DNA of 63,947 nt, the filler included, from Chiloscyllium plagiosum (Eukaryota): assembly GCF_004010195.1 (NCBI RefSeq). It is 9 parts of 9 records of this genome, joined end to end, with 100 filler letters (N's around TTAATTAATTAA, not from the genome) between each part and the next. Parts side by side here need not be neighbours in the genome. Positions count along the whole stretch, not along the records: positions 39,019 to 58,495 come from NW_025211554.1; positions 58,596 to 61,092 come from NW_025181728.1; positions 61,193 to 62,522 come from NW_025147947.1; positions 62,623 to 63,947 come from NW_025147519.1; 5 more parts are not named here. One strand, given 5' to 3'. Positions within the stretch are counted from its first letter, which is position 1. Every line of letters starts with the position of its first letter. The notes below the pieces were generated by a model that was given only the letters and a program-made list of their open reading frames with translations, was not told where the DNA came from and did no database searches. Positions 53,656 to 63,947 of this stretch are shown in pieces. The position numbers and the translations under genes were made by a program.

Positions 53656-55273
53656 GCGAGTTCATGAGTGGATTATTTTAATTAATTCGAAATTTGGCCT
53701 TGGTCACATAATTCACTATAGCAGTTGTTTCCGAAAGAATGACTCTTCAGTTGTTATTTTGTTGTAAAATGTAACTTTTTATTTAAAATGCACAGATTGG
53801 GAACACCTAAACCACTGTGCAGATTAAATAATTCAGTTAATGTTTTATTTTTATCCTGTAAATCCAGTTTAATCAGGGACATAACAATGAATTAACTCAA
53901 GTTACGTGTGAAACTGATCAAAGCAGTGAAACTGACCTGTTCTTCATAGAATTGAGCAGAATTTCCAAATGGTCTTTTCCAATGATCTTTTCCAGCCAGA
54001 AAAATATGTATGTAGTGTACAGCGGAATTGAAAGGTGTTTCTTGATCAATTATAACACAGTCATGGCATTTTTGCTCAAGAGCAAGAACTATTAGAACAT
54101 TAGACTTTTGAAATGCTATTTATATTTCTCTATGACTTGTAAACCGTTTAAAGACAAACCTTGTGATTGAGCGAGATAGTGGAGTTCTGAATTTGGATTG
54201 TAAAGCATTGATTCGATTAATCCTTAATTATTACTTTTAAGTAAATATGGCGCCCGAAGGTATTTGTTTTCCCTTCATTTCTAAAACCTTTGCGATTTGC
54301 CTTTCACTTAATAATAGGCTTTATGAAATTTCACCTCGCATGCTGATTGCATTGAATGAGGAACCAGGAGCGGTTCACTGTCACCAACCGTGTTAACATT
54401 GCAAAAACAATGGAGAAACCAAACACGGTTTCCCAAATATAACATATTTAATGTTACCCAAGCACAGTCCCTCCTCAACAGGTCAATGATCACGAGATCA
54501 CAACACGGTGTGTCTGCAGCAGAACTAGCTCTGCAAATATTTTCAATAGAACCAAGAACATGATGTAACCTCACAAAACAAACCCAGATTGAAGTCTAAC
54601 AAAGCTGCTCAGAATCAAGCAAACTAATGATTAAATTGAATAGAAATAACAAGTCATAACAGCAGCCTTGTTTGTGAGGGGACTTAACACTTAAAGCTGT
54701 AACGTTTCTGGCAACAGTTCAATTTATTTCCAACCTGTACACCCTTCTTGATCGTGACAATCTTATGCAGCGCACAGTAGATCGGTTGAAGGCATATATT
54801 GATTAATCACTTCATTGTAAAAACAAAATTATTGAATGGACAAATATTAACACATTATAATTTTAAGTTAGTTTCAATTACATAATCTGATCAATTCTGC
54901 AGTTTCAGATTTTAGTCCCAAATTTTATTTTGAATGAGGCTACTCAAAACAAAATTCAGTTCGTTTACAATTAGAACTGAGTTTTTTTGTTAAAAGTCAA
55001 TGCATTAAAAACTTGTTTTTTTCATTTCTCACACTTCCGGGTTTCTGCCTTAAGTTGTTTTTCAGATCGTTACAAATGGATGTAATGTTTTCAATCAAGC
55101 AGAGAAAAATGTGTCATATAAGTTTAACAAATGCAGAAATGATTCATGAAAAACAAAAGAACTTCACAAATATTGGTAATGAAAAGTAATCCAGAGAGAA
55201 AATCTCCTCACCAGAAAGAAAACACCAATTCAGAAAGCATGAAAACGCTGATCAATTTCACAAACTGAATAAG

Positions 55274-55565
55274 AATCCAATCAACTCAATTCAACAGAAT
55301 CAAGGAAAATAAAATCAGAATCCAATCAACTCAAAACGACAGATTTGAATGAAACATAATCAGAATCCAAGCAATTCAATTCAACAGAATCAAATAAAAC
55401 AATTTCAAAAGCCAATCAACACAATTCAACAAAACCAAGTAAAAACAAAGTCAGAATCCAATCAACACAGTTCAACCGAATCAACTAAAACAAAGCCAAA
55501 ATCCAATCAACTCAATTCAACAGAATCAAGGAAAACAAACTCAGAATCTAATCAACAGAATACAA
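55274..55565. repeat. 45-bp minisatellite, about 6.5 copies, in the J-CH1 intron
   Basis: aatccaatcaactcaattcaacagaatcaag-like units at 55274, 55319, 55364, 55409, 55455, 55500 and 55545. Confidence 0.9.
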
Positions 55566-56073
55566 TATAGCACCGCAAGAAAATTTTATGACAGTTTCCA
55601 ACCTGCTTGCAATCAACAAAATTAACAAAATACATGAGTAAATATAATCAGGGTAAGAACATATATTCAAGAAGTGAATAATGATATTTTAGCATATTTT
55701 AATCATGTTTAGTAATATCTCGAACATCTTTGAATTCTTAGCGTTTGTTGTTGATAATAAAACTCACAGTCAGGATGTCACTGACATTAAACATTATTTA
55801 TAGCTGGCTGATTAAGAAACATTAGATGTTTCAAGTAACCCAGCCACACAGAATGCCCATCTGATCAAAAAAAGAGAAACACCGAGTAACTGACTCCATC
55901 ATCACCATTGTAACTATTTGCTGAGCCTTAACTGAAGTCTATTATCAGTCTGAACAAAAATCAATCCGAACCAAACCAAACTCAGCAAAGAATCTGAGTT
56001 TAATTTAATTCAGAAATTAGTCACATGAATAGAAAGATTTTAAAAAGTCACTAAGAAAGTTCAAGGGTCTTAC

Positions 56074-56145
56074 CTGAAGTCACTGTCACCATGGTCCCTT
56101 GGCCCCAGTAGCTAAGATCGTAACCCCAGTTACCCACTGTAGTAT
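56074..56145 (-). other. Pre-joined IgH D-D-J segment retaining the 5' RSS of D1
   Basis: Heptamer at 56146-56152, then atactacagtgggt/aactgggg/ttacgatcttagctactggggccaagggacc..., open as TTVGNWGYDLSYWGQGTMVTVTS; donor GTAAGA; no internal RSS. Confidence 0.8.
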
Positions 56146-56573
56146 CACAATGATGGAGACCCAGTACACTTATTCTCTGTTCTTTACTCGAGGTCTCAAT
56201 TTTCATTTGAAAGAGCCATTTAGTTCTGATCATGTTTAGAATTAATGCCATAGTTGACATAACAATTAGTAGTGATCTCCTGAGCTGTCAGATATATTAA
56301 AACTAACATTTTGTCCGAGCATTTAATTGATGGAAGTGATAGCAGTACATATGAGATGCCCAAAACATTGTCCCATTGTGTCACCAGTTTGCTAGTTTAA
56401 ATGGTACATTTCCTCTTTGATAGTTTTGTAAGAGGCAGCCTGAGGTCTGCTTCAGATCGCAGTTGGTATAATTGCATCTAAAACTCGTACTGAGCGTCGG
56501 TTTATGATGGAATTGACAAAATGTTCCTTCAAACTGTTCTTGAATGGGTCCAGCCCTGGTTCCTCTCGCTTTG

Positions 56574-57055
56574 GTCTCCTGTACAGTAATAGATGGCGGT
56601 GTCTTCGATCTTCAGGTTCTCCATGTCCAACGCGAAAATGTTGTTTGAAGTGTCTTTGGACGCAGTAAATCGACCCGTAATCGCTGGTGCATAGTAACTG
56701 CTGGATGAAGTATAGTAGCTAACCAGCCACTCCAGACCCTGTCCGGGAACCTGTCGGACCCAGCTCATGTAGTAGCTGCCAAGATTGAACCCGCTGGTTT
56801 TACAGGTCAGTTTCAGGCTGCCTGCGGGACGGCCAGTCTCTGCCTCTGGCTGGGTCAAAACAACCTCCGACTGGACACCTTTAAAGAAGAAAACAAATAA
56901 ACCATGAGCATTAATGCTGATGAAATGATGGCTGAGTCTTTTACATTCCTGTGGTAGACTAACATTGAGACAGAAACAAACAGAGATTTTAACAAAAAAC
57001 ACTCACATGATAAGAAAGTCAGTCACAAACTGAGAAAAATTGTCGACACAATCAT
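56574..57055 (-). pseudogene. IgM-type VH segment (leader 57055-57007, V exon 56878-56574)
   Basis: [27 protein letters not shown]...[14 protein letters not shown]...[11 protein letters not shown]; TGA in leader at 57023-57025; RSS heptamer CAAAGCG (56567-56573) lacks the invariant CAC. Confidence 0.9.
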
Positions 57056-57142
57056 TCTGATGACTTGTGGGAAACGGTTCTGTCAAGATCTTTCTAAACA
57101 GAGCCGACCCAGGAGTGTTGAATTACTGTCCAGTGCCCAGGA

Positions 57143-57264
57143 TTTATATGGCCATCGGAAGGGGCAGGCTTCCAGCTTCCGCATGTTGGTTTCCTGCTGG
57201 AGGCTGAGACTGGATCCTGATATCAGCTTGCACAGCCCGAACACACGGGGTCATGTATTTACAT
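57143..57264 (-). promoter_or_regulatory. VH promoter: TATA box and octamer-like ATGTAAAT
   Basis: ATATAAAT on the minus strand near 57143-57149; ATGTAAAT at 57257-57264. Confidence 0.5.
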
Positions 57265-57418
57265 GAGGTTCTGCTTAAACATGGACACATACACATCTTA
57301 GGATATTGGTTTTGCTGAATAGCTTCTTTGGAAGTAGATTTGAGTAGATTCAGGTCAGTTTCACATGATAGTTGCATGTATTTTGTTTTTTAAAAAAACA
57401 AATTCAACTGGAAGTTAG

Positions 57419-57860
57419 CTCCCTTTATTTCTACATTCATTCACAAGCAGATAAAACTAAAATTAAAGTTCAAACATATAACTAGCTAATAAAACAGTTG
57501 AGCTTTTCTTCCCTGGATACTGCAAGTCTCTGTCGCACTACAAAATAACCTGTAATTCATACGAAACATTTCAAAATTCAATTTAGACAACTGAATACAG
57601 AGCGTGTCCAAAGTGATTATATTTAGAATATTTAATTAGAAGTTAACTCCCTTTAATCCTACATTCCACCACAAGCAGATAAAGCTAAAAAGAACTTCAA
57701 TAATATTATTAGCCAACAAAATGAGTGACTTTATTTTTGCTGTCACTCAAAGTCTCTCTCACATTACAAAATAACATACCATTTCTAATCTGCGTTTCTA
57801 AATTCAGTTTAGGCAACCTAATATAGAGCATGTCTAAAGTGATTATGTTCAGAATGTGAG
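57419..57860. repeat. Diverged tandem duplication of about 228 bp upstream of VH
   Basis: ctcccttta...ctacattc...cacaagcagataaa at 57419 and 57647. Confidence 0.75.
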
Positions 57861-58595
57861 TGTATGTCACTAAACAGTTTGGACCCGGAGATGAGAAGCA
57901 CCTCCTTACATTGCAGAATGTCTCTCCCTGCATCTTTTTTTTTCAAATTGCTCCGACACTAAAATGCATAGTTAAGGAATGCTGTGTGCTTGAGAAACAA
58001 AATGTGAGTCCGCAATGATACATAACACCTAGGTAAACTTTTGAAAGAGCATCAAATGAACTAGAACAAGACAGTCCATACTTTTTTTTTAATCCTCAAC
58101 GTCTAAACCATTGCATGTAACAGTCTGGGTACATCAGGAATGTTTGGTCAAATTAGAGAGTATTACAGTAATAATTACCACGAATGTAGGTTATAAACAG
58201 TACATTTCTCTGCTCACTGATAGCACTGACAGGGCAGTTAACTCATAAAAATCAGCAAAAATTCGCTGTTACACTACACCAGTGTAAACCATGTATAACG
58301 GGCCCACTCAGTTTTAATGAGATACATGAATCAGAATGGTGTAACAAGTGATGTGAGTTTGAACCAATTCAATTTTGTTAATTTACTTTGAGATGATAAC
58401 AAATGTTAATGCAATGTGGGATTTTGGATCCATTAACTTCATATTCAGGAGCTTTAAAGATACTCAGTAAACAGACTGAACTAACCAGAACGTCANNNNN
58501 NNNNNNNNNNNNNNNNNNNNNNNNNNNNNNNNNNNNNNNTTAATTAATTAANNNNNNNNNNNNNNNNNNNNNNNNNNNNNNNNNNNNNNNNNNNN

Positions 58596-58983
58596 TGACA
58601 TGAATTAACAGTGTCCATCAGTGCAAGCAAAATGTTTATAAAACTTGGTTTACCGCTGGATTTATTGACTGTTCTGTTGATGATCTTCAACGGAATCACT
58701 TCATGTCCCACCACACAGGAGTAAGAAGCACCACTGGCCCAGTCTTCTGCTGTAATGGATAACAGACTGGACATGAAGAAGGAGGTGATGTCGCTCTCCA
58801 CTATTACCTCGGTGTTCTTGTAGTTACTGGGATTTACAGGCTCGCCATTGTTTGTCCACTTAACGAAGATCTCTCGGGGGGAGAAACCTCTCACTAAACA
58901 GGTGAGGGAGAGAACCCTTTCAGCGGAGATTTCTTCTGTTGGTGGCAGGAGCACAGACACTGATGGCTCCCGTGGATTAATCA
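58596..58983 (-). CDS. Terminal IgW/IgNAR-type constant exon plus secretory tail, cluster B
   Basis: Open [14 protein letters not shown]...[19 protein letters not shown], cut off by the contig end. Confidence 0.9.
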
Positions 58984-60950
58984 CTGCAAAATATTTGAGA
59001 CAAATATAAATCAACTATAAAAATCCAGAATCAATATCGCGATTTCACTAAATATTAAAATATGCCATTTTTAATTTGGGATTTATTCACTTTCATTNNN
59101 NNNNNNNNNNNNNNNNNNNNNNNNNNNNNNNNNNNNNNNNNNNNNNNNNNNNNNNNNNNNNNNNNNNNNNNNNNNNNNNNNNNNNNNNNNNNNNNNNNNN
59201 NNNNNNNNNNNNNNNNNNNNNNNNNNNNNNNNNNNNNNNNNNNNNNNNNNNNNNNNNNNNNNNNNNNNNNNNNNNNNNNNNNNNNNNNNNNNNNNNNNNN
59301 NNNNNNNNNNNNNNNNNNNNNNNNNNNNNNNNNNNNNNNNNNNNNNNNNNNNNNNNNNNNNNNNNNNNNNNNNNNNNNNNNNNNNNNNNNNNNNNNNNNN
59401 NNNNNNNNNNNNNNNNNNNNNNNNNNNNNNNNNNNNNNNNNNNNNNNNNNNNNNNNNNNNNNNNNNNNNNNNNNNNNNNNNNNNNNNNNNNNNNNNNNNN
59501 NNNNNNNNNNNNNNNNNNNNNNNNNNNNNNNNNNNNNNNNNNNNNNNNNNNNNNNNNNNNNNNNNNNNNNNNNNNNNNNNNNNNNNNNNNNNNNNNNNNN
59601 NNNNNNNNNNNNNNNNNNNNNNNNNNNNNNNNNNNNNNNNNNNNNNNNNNNNNNNNNNNNNNNNNNNNNNNNNNNNNNNNNNNNNNNNNNNNNNNNNNNN
59701 NNNNNNNNNNNNNNNNNNNNNNNNNNNNNNNNNNNNNNNNNNNNNNNNNNNNNNNNNNNNNNNNNNNNNNNNNNNNNNNNNNNNNNNNNNNNNNNNNNNN
59801 NNNNNNNNNNNNNNNNNNNNNNNNNNNNNNNNNNNNNNNNNNNNNNNNNNNNNNNNNNNNNNNNNNNNNNNNNNNNNNNNNNNNNNNNNNNNNNNNNNNN
59901 NNNNNNNNNNNNNNNNNNNNNNNNNNNNNNNNNNNNNNNNNNNNNNNNNNNNNNNNNNNNNNNNNNNNNNNNNNNNNNNNNNNNNNNNNNNNNNNNNNNN
60001 NNNNNNNNNNNNNNNNNNNNNNNNNNNNNNNNNNNNNNCAGGAGCGGTGAATGGCCATGGAAATTCTGTTCATTATATTTAATGTGATCAAAAATACTTG
60101 GCATTATTGGTGTGAGATCATTCTCTAATTTATGAGGTTATTCCTCGTGGGCTGAATTTGGAGGAGATCTGAAAACAAGACACTGAGTGAAGCAGTGGAC
60201 ATCATGAAGGACACCCATCCCCTCAAGTCTTTCCCTCCATTCAATGAGGTCATGACTGGTCTGTACATTCACTTTCTTTACCAAGCTGCATTTTTTACTT
60301 TCTTCATTGAACAAAAAAAACAAGCAGAAGCATCTTAAATTAATCTACAAACTCGATGGAAATGTGCACAGGTTTTATTCAGATGTCTAATACTCACTGT
60401 GTAAACATCTCCATCTCAAATCAGGCTGAATCAGCATGTCTCGAATTCCTAGTTCATTTATCCCAAGTGTAGCATTCCCACCAGAACTTATTCTCCTGCC
60501 TCACTCACTAATTACAGACAGCGTCTTAAAGTAGCTCAGTGAGAGCACGTTTATCCCAGTTAATCAAATGTGAAACCCATTTGGTCTGTGGTCTGATCCC
60601 ATAAATGAAGTTAAAGAGCTCAGTACCAGATATTAAAACAAAATCTGTGTCATACAATGCCCAAGGCTAACAAGTCATTCCTGAGCAGGGAATGAAGTAT
60701 TGAACAAATTTTGATTTATTTTCAAGTAAAGGTCACTGCATATTTTTACCATGTCATTTTGAGACCACAAGATCATAAGATAGAGGATCAGAATGAGGCA
60801 TCTCTGGCACTGTGGGGCAGCAGTGCTAACCACCGTGACCAAAGGGCCTTTCCCTGTGCTATAAGGTGATTCTGTGAAAACTGTTATAAATAATGCCTTA
60901 TTCATATTAATCACAGATGTTCTGTTTATCTCAGTTCCCACAACACTTAC

Positions 60951-61092
60951 CTGGACATGATATTTCTTTGCTCTTGTGTGACCCGCTGTGTTGAACCTCA
61001 CAGTAGATTTTGCTGGGGCAATGTACCGCTGACCCGGGCAGGGTTAACTAGCTGCTCTGGGTATAGGTTCCCTTCTTGTTTCTCACTGATGG
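60951..61092 (-). pseudogene. 3' half of IgH CH1 exon (mu-like), cluster B, with a nonsense codon
   Basis: PSVRNKKGTYTQSS*LTLPGSAVHCPSKIYCEVQHSGSHKSKEISCP plus donor GTAAGT; TAG at 61048-61050. Confidence 0.85.
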
Positions 61093-61301
61093 NNNNNNNN
61101 NNNNNNNNNNNNNNNNNNNNNNNNNNNNNNNNNNNNTTAATTAATTAANNNNNNNNNNNNNNNNNNNNNNNNNNNNNNNNNNNNNNNNNNNNGTTGCTGT
61201 AACCTCCAGGGTAATGGGCCAAGAGATGGAGGATGGGATTAATGACTCTCTGAGACAGTGAGAAAGAGAGTGAGAAAGAGAGAAGAGGAAGTGTGAGGTG
61301 A

Positions 61302-61381
61302 TGACGTGGCTCTCTCTGCCTGATGCCATTTACATACTGAGGAACACCCAGTCAGACTCTCACAGGCTGCAGCTTTATAAA
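61302..61381 (+). promoter_or_regulatory. Vk promoter: CRE-like TGACGT, octamer-like ATTTACAT and TATA box
   Basis: TGACGT at 61302, ATTTACAT at 61328-61335, TATAAA at 61376-61381, ATG at 61442. Confidence 0.6.
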
Positions 61382-61441
61382 GCAGAGCCCAGTGAAGGGA
61401 GAGTTTATCAGGAACCAGGCACAGGGACAGGAGCACACACC

Positions 61442-61939
61442 ATGATTTCACACATCCAGCTGATCTGGCCCCTGGCATTCTGTGTCGCAGGTACAAATCT
61501 CTCTCCTTCCACCTTGAATCTTTAGCTGCTCTCCATTTCACTCCAATTCCACCGACTTGTGATTGAAGAGAAAATGGTGAAACCAGAGGAATGCTCAGTG
61601 TCTCCAACAATCTCTCATTTGACAGGCTCTTTCTGTGACAGTTATGACTTCACTGTGTTTCTCTCTGACCCCTCAGGTATCAGTGGGGACTTCATCATGA
61701 CTCAGTCTCCCCCGGTGTTGTCAGTGAGACTGGGCCAGACTGCAACCATCACTTGTAAATCCAGTCAGAGTGCTAGTACCGATGTTTCCTGGTACCAGCA
61801 GCGAGAAGGGCAGAAACCCTCTCTCCTGATCCATGATGCAACACAATCAGCAACGTTCAGAATGAGGATGTCGCTGACTATTACTGTATGCAGCGTAACA
61901 GCAACCCACTACACAGTGATACAGATCCGTACAAAAACC
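61442..61939 (+). pseudogene. Ig kappa V segment with internal deletion and frameshift (leader 61442-61490, V 61677-61911, 12-RSS 61912-61939)
   Basis: DFIMTQSPPVLSV...TCKSSQ...WYQQ...LLIHDAT fused out of frame to ISNVQNEDVADYYC; RSS CACAGTG-12-ACAAAAACC. Confidence 0.9.
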
Positions 61940-62380
61940 TCAATACACACAGCACCAACTCCTGTACTGACACATTCATAATTATATGTTATAACATAAA
62001 TATAATTATTCATAGTTATGTTACACATAATAATAGACACACCGCCCTATAACTGATACAAACACAGTAATATATAAATGAAACTGAACACATTACCCCA
62101 TGTTGGGATTGTCACTGTCCTCGACACACTCCAGTCCCAGTGGTGTCCACCGCTCACTGAAGGCTTCAAGTTTCCCTCTGACCCTCCATGGCCATGTGTG
62201 AAGAATGGCTGCAAGATTTAATATCAAAAAATAAATTTGACAAACCTCCCGAGCCCAGCTGGACACATCTCAGAGAGAGAAACGGAATGAGAGAAACAGA
62301 GAGGTAGAAAGGCATGATTGAGGGAGAGCCAGAAAGGGGCAGGGAGAGGGTGAGAGTGACAGAGGGAAGCAGAGACCAGA

Positions 62381-62454
62381 GGTTTTTGTACAGTCCCTGC
62401 ACTGGGAGCTCTCACTGTGGCTTACGTTCGGTAAAGGAACCAAGCTCAGACTGA
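62381..62454 (+). other. Ig kappa J segment (62420-62454) with canonical 23-RSS
   Basis: GGTTTTTGT-23-CACTGTG; LTFGKGTKLRL; donor GTAAGT. Confidence 0.93.
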
Positions 62455-62638
62455 GTAAGTAAACCTCAATCCTCCGTTATTAACCCTGACAATACTGAAA
62501 CACAATTTCTAAAACACAAATGNNNNNNNNNNNNNNNNNNNNNNNNNNNNNNNNNNNNNNNNNNNNTTAATTAATTAANNNNNNNNNNNNNNNNNNNNNN
62601 NNNNNNNNNNNNNNNNNNNNNNTTCTCTTGTCGTTCAG

Positions 62639-62967
62639 GCCATGAGAACTCTCAGACCAAGCTGACCCTGCTACCCCCCTCCCCAGAGCAGGTCAATGCC
62701 AAGGGCACTGCCACCCTGGTGTGCCTTGCCAATCACTTCTATCCCGATGAGCTGGAGGTGCAGTGAAAGAAGGATGGTGCAGTCATTTCGGATGGGGTTC
62801 AGACCAGCAACTACCTGCGAGCTTCGGACAGCACCTACAGTGTCAGCAGCCTGCTGACCCTCTCTGGGTCTGACTGGGAGTCCAACGCTCGCTTCTCCTG
62901 TGCCCTCACCCACGTGACCCTCCCCTCTCCCCTCAGCAAGAGCATCAGGAGATCAGAATGTGTGTAG
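62639..62967 (+). pseudogene. Ig kappa constant exon, copy 3, with a nonsense codon at the conserved Trp
   Basis: TGG changed to TGA at 62764-62766; otherwise colinear to RSECV*; AATAAA at 63589. Confidence 0.9.
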
Positions 62968-63947
62968 AGTGTTGGAGACAGTCCACAGAGGAGACACAAC
63001 TTTAAATAAAACAGGGCTGAGCTGGCAGGACAAAGGTAATTGTCAGCACTGAATTTCAACTCTTCTTCTTTGGACTGGCTCGGAGATGTTTCTGAGGTTC
63101 AGGGGTCAAGGCAGCCCATTGAGACAGTGTACAGTGAGCTTTTCTCAGCACCTGACCCTGTGCTCTTTTTGTCCTGGGAGTGTTTGCATGGAACAGTGTT
63201 GAGACAGCTTGAGACAGCTTGAGACAGTGGAGAGAGACAATTTCTCTGTATCTAATCCTGTGCAGTCCCTGTCCTGGGAGTGTTTAATGGGGAAAGTGTA
63301 GACTCCTATTGCCAAGTAAAATGCCTCAAAGATGTTGAAGACTGTCAGCTTTTCAAAAACGTGAACCTCAGAAGTCTCTGCTTCAGTAAACCAGATCTCC
63401 TTCCTGGTCAGTCGCCAGTTCCAACCTCAGGATTTGTCACTGTTTAAAGGGACAGGATTCTCATATTGTTGAGAAAATCTCCACAAGTGTTTGCCTCAAG
63501 CTCCATTGTGGCTGTGAATTTGTGCAGCTTCCTCTGTCTGGCCTGTGAATTGCAGTCTGTTTTCTATCAATGTCAATCTGGAAAAGGGAATAAAGATGAA
63601 GGTTCAGTCTCTGTCTCTGGGTGCACCACCTCCTTCTCAGCTGATTGGCTACATTTCAGCAGTGAGTGTCATGGTTGGCTGCTCGGACTGTCAATGACTG
63701 GCATTGGACTGATGATTGGACTGAGAGAGAAGTGTCAATCATTTCCAAGTGATCCCTTTGATCTGGCCTCCGTCAAGTTTACAAAATTCAAATCAGAACA
63801 GAAACTGAAAGCTGCTGGGGGTCAATCATTACAATGTGAGGCATTCATTCTTCATTCTGTTGGTCCAGACCCAGTTGGTAGGATCGCACTGTGCACTCTC
63901 TGCTGCTGCTCGCGAACACCTGAAATGAACTTAGGCCAGTCACAGGC

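Noticed and set aside
55274-55570. CRISPR-like array or Gln/Asn-rich ORF
   Set aside because: Plain tandem minisatellite without unique spacers, in a vertebrate intron
59055-60104. Long ORFs in the track here and at 21567-22112 and 25630-26124
   Set aside because: Artefacts of N runs
20265-62622. Apparent super-locus linking B7, IgL, TCR delta and IgH genes
   Set aside because: The contigs are concatenated with identical artificial linkers; no physical linkage can be inferred
61442-62967. Vk-Jk and the following Ck as one cluster
   Set aside because: A linker at 62523-62622 separates them

Overview
Eukaryotic DNA from a cartilaginous fish (shark-type Ig genes, HE1-like SINEs, CR1 LINEs). 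It is not one locus: nine unrelated contigs are joined by 100-bp N44-TTAATTAATTAA-N44 linkers, so adjacency across a linker means nothing. Contents: (1) 1-20264, an intact six-coding-exon B7-family gene (PD-L1/PD-L2-like C domain, atypical V domain, 291 aa) among LINE and transposon relics; (2) three kappa-type (NS4/type III) IgL constant exons, each with different lesions, and a Vk-Jk cluster with an internally deleted V; (3) an NAR-TCR cassette (RSS-D-J plus leaderless supporting Vdelta) followed by a tandem array of RSS-like repeats; (4) one intact pair of terminal IgNAR/IgW-type constant exons; (5) two IgH contigs in which a mu-like CH1 is followed directly by the terminal IgW/IgNAR-type constant exons (in the second contig one of the two is inferred inside an N gap). 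One of these also carries an IgM-type VH and a pre-joined D-D-J. Item 5 is the best candidate for an undescribed system: a germline chimeric three-constant-domain heavy chain, although both copies seen carry inactivating mutations. Family assignments come from motif recognition, not database searches.
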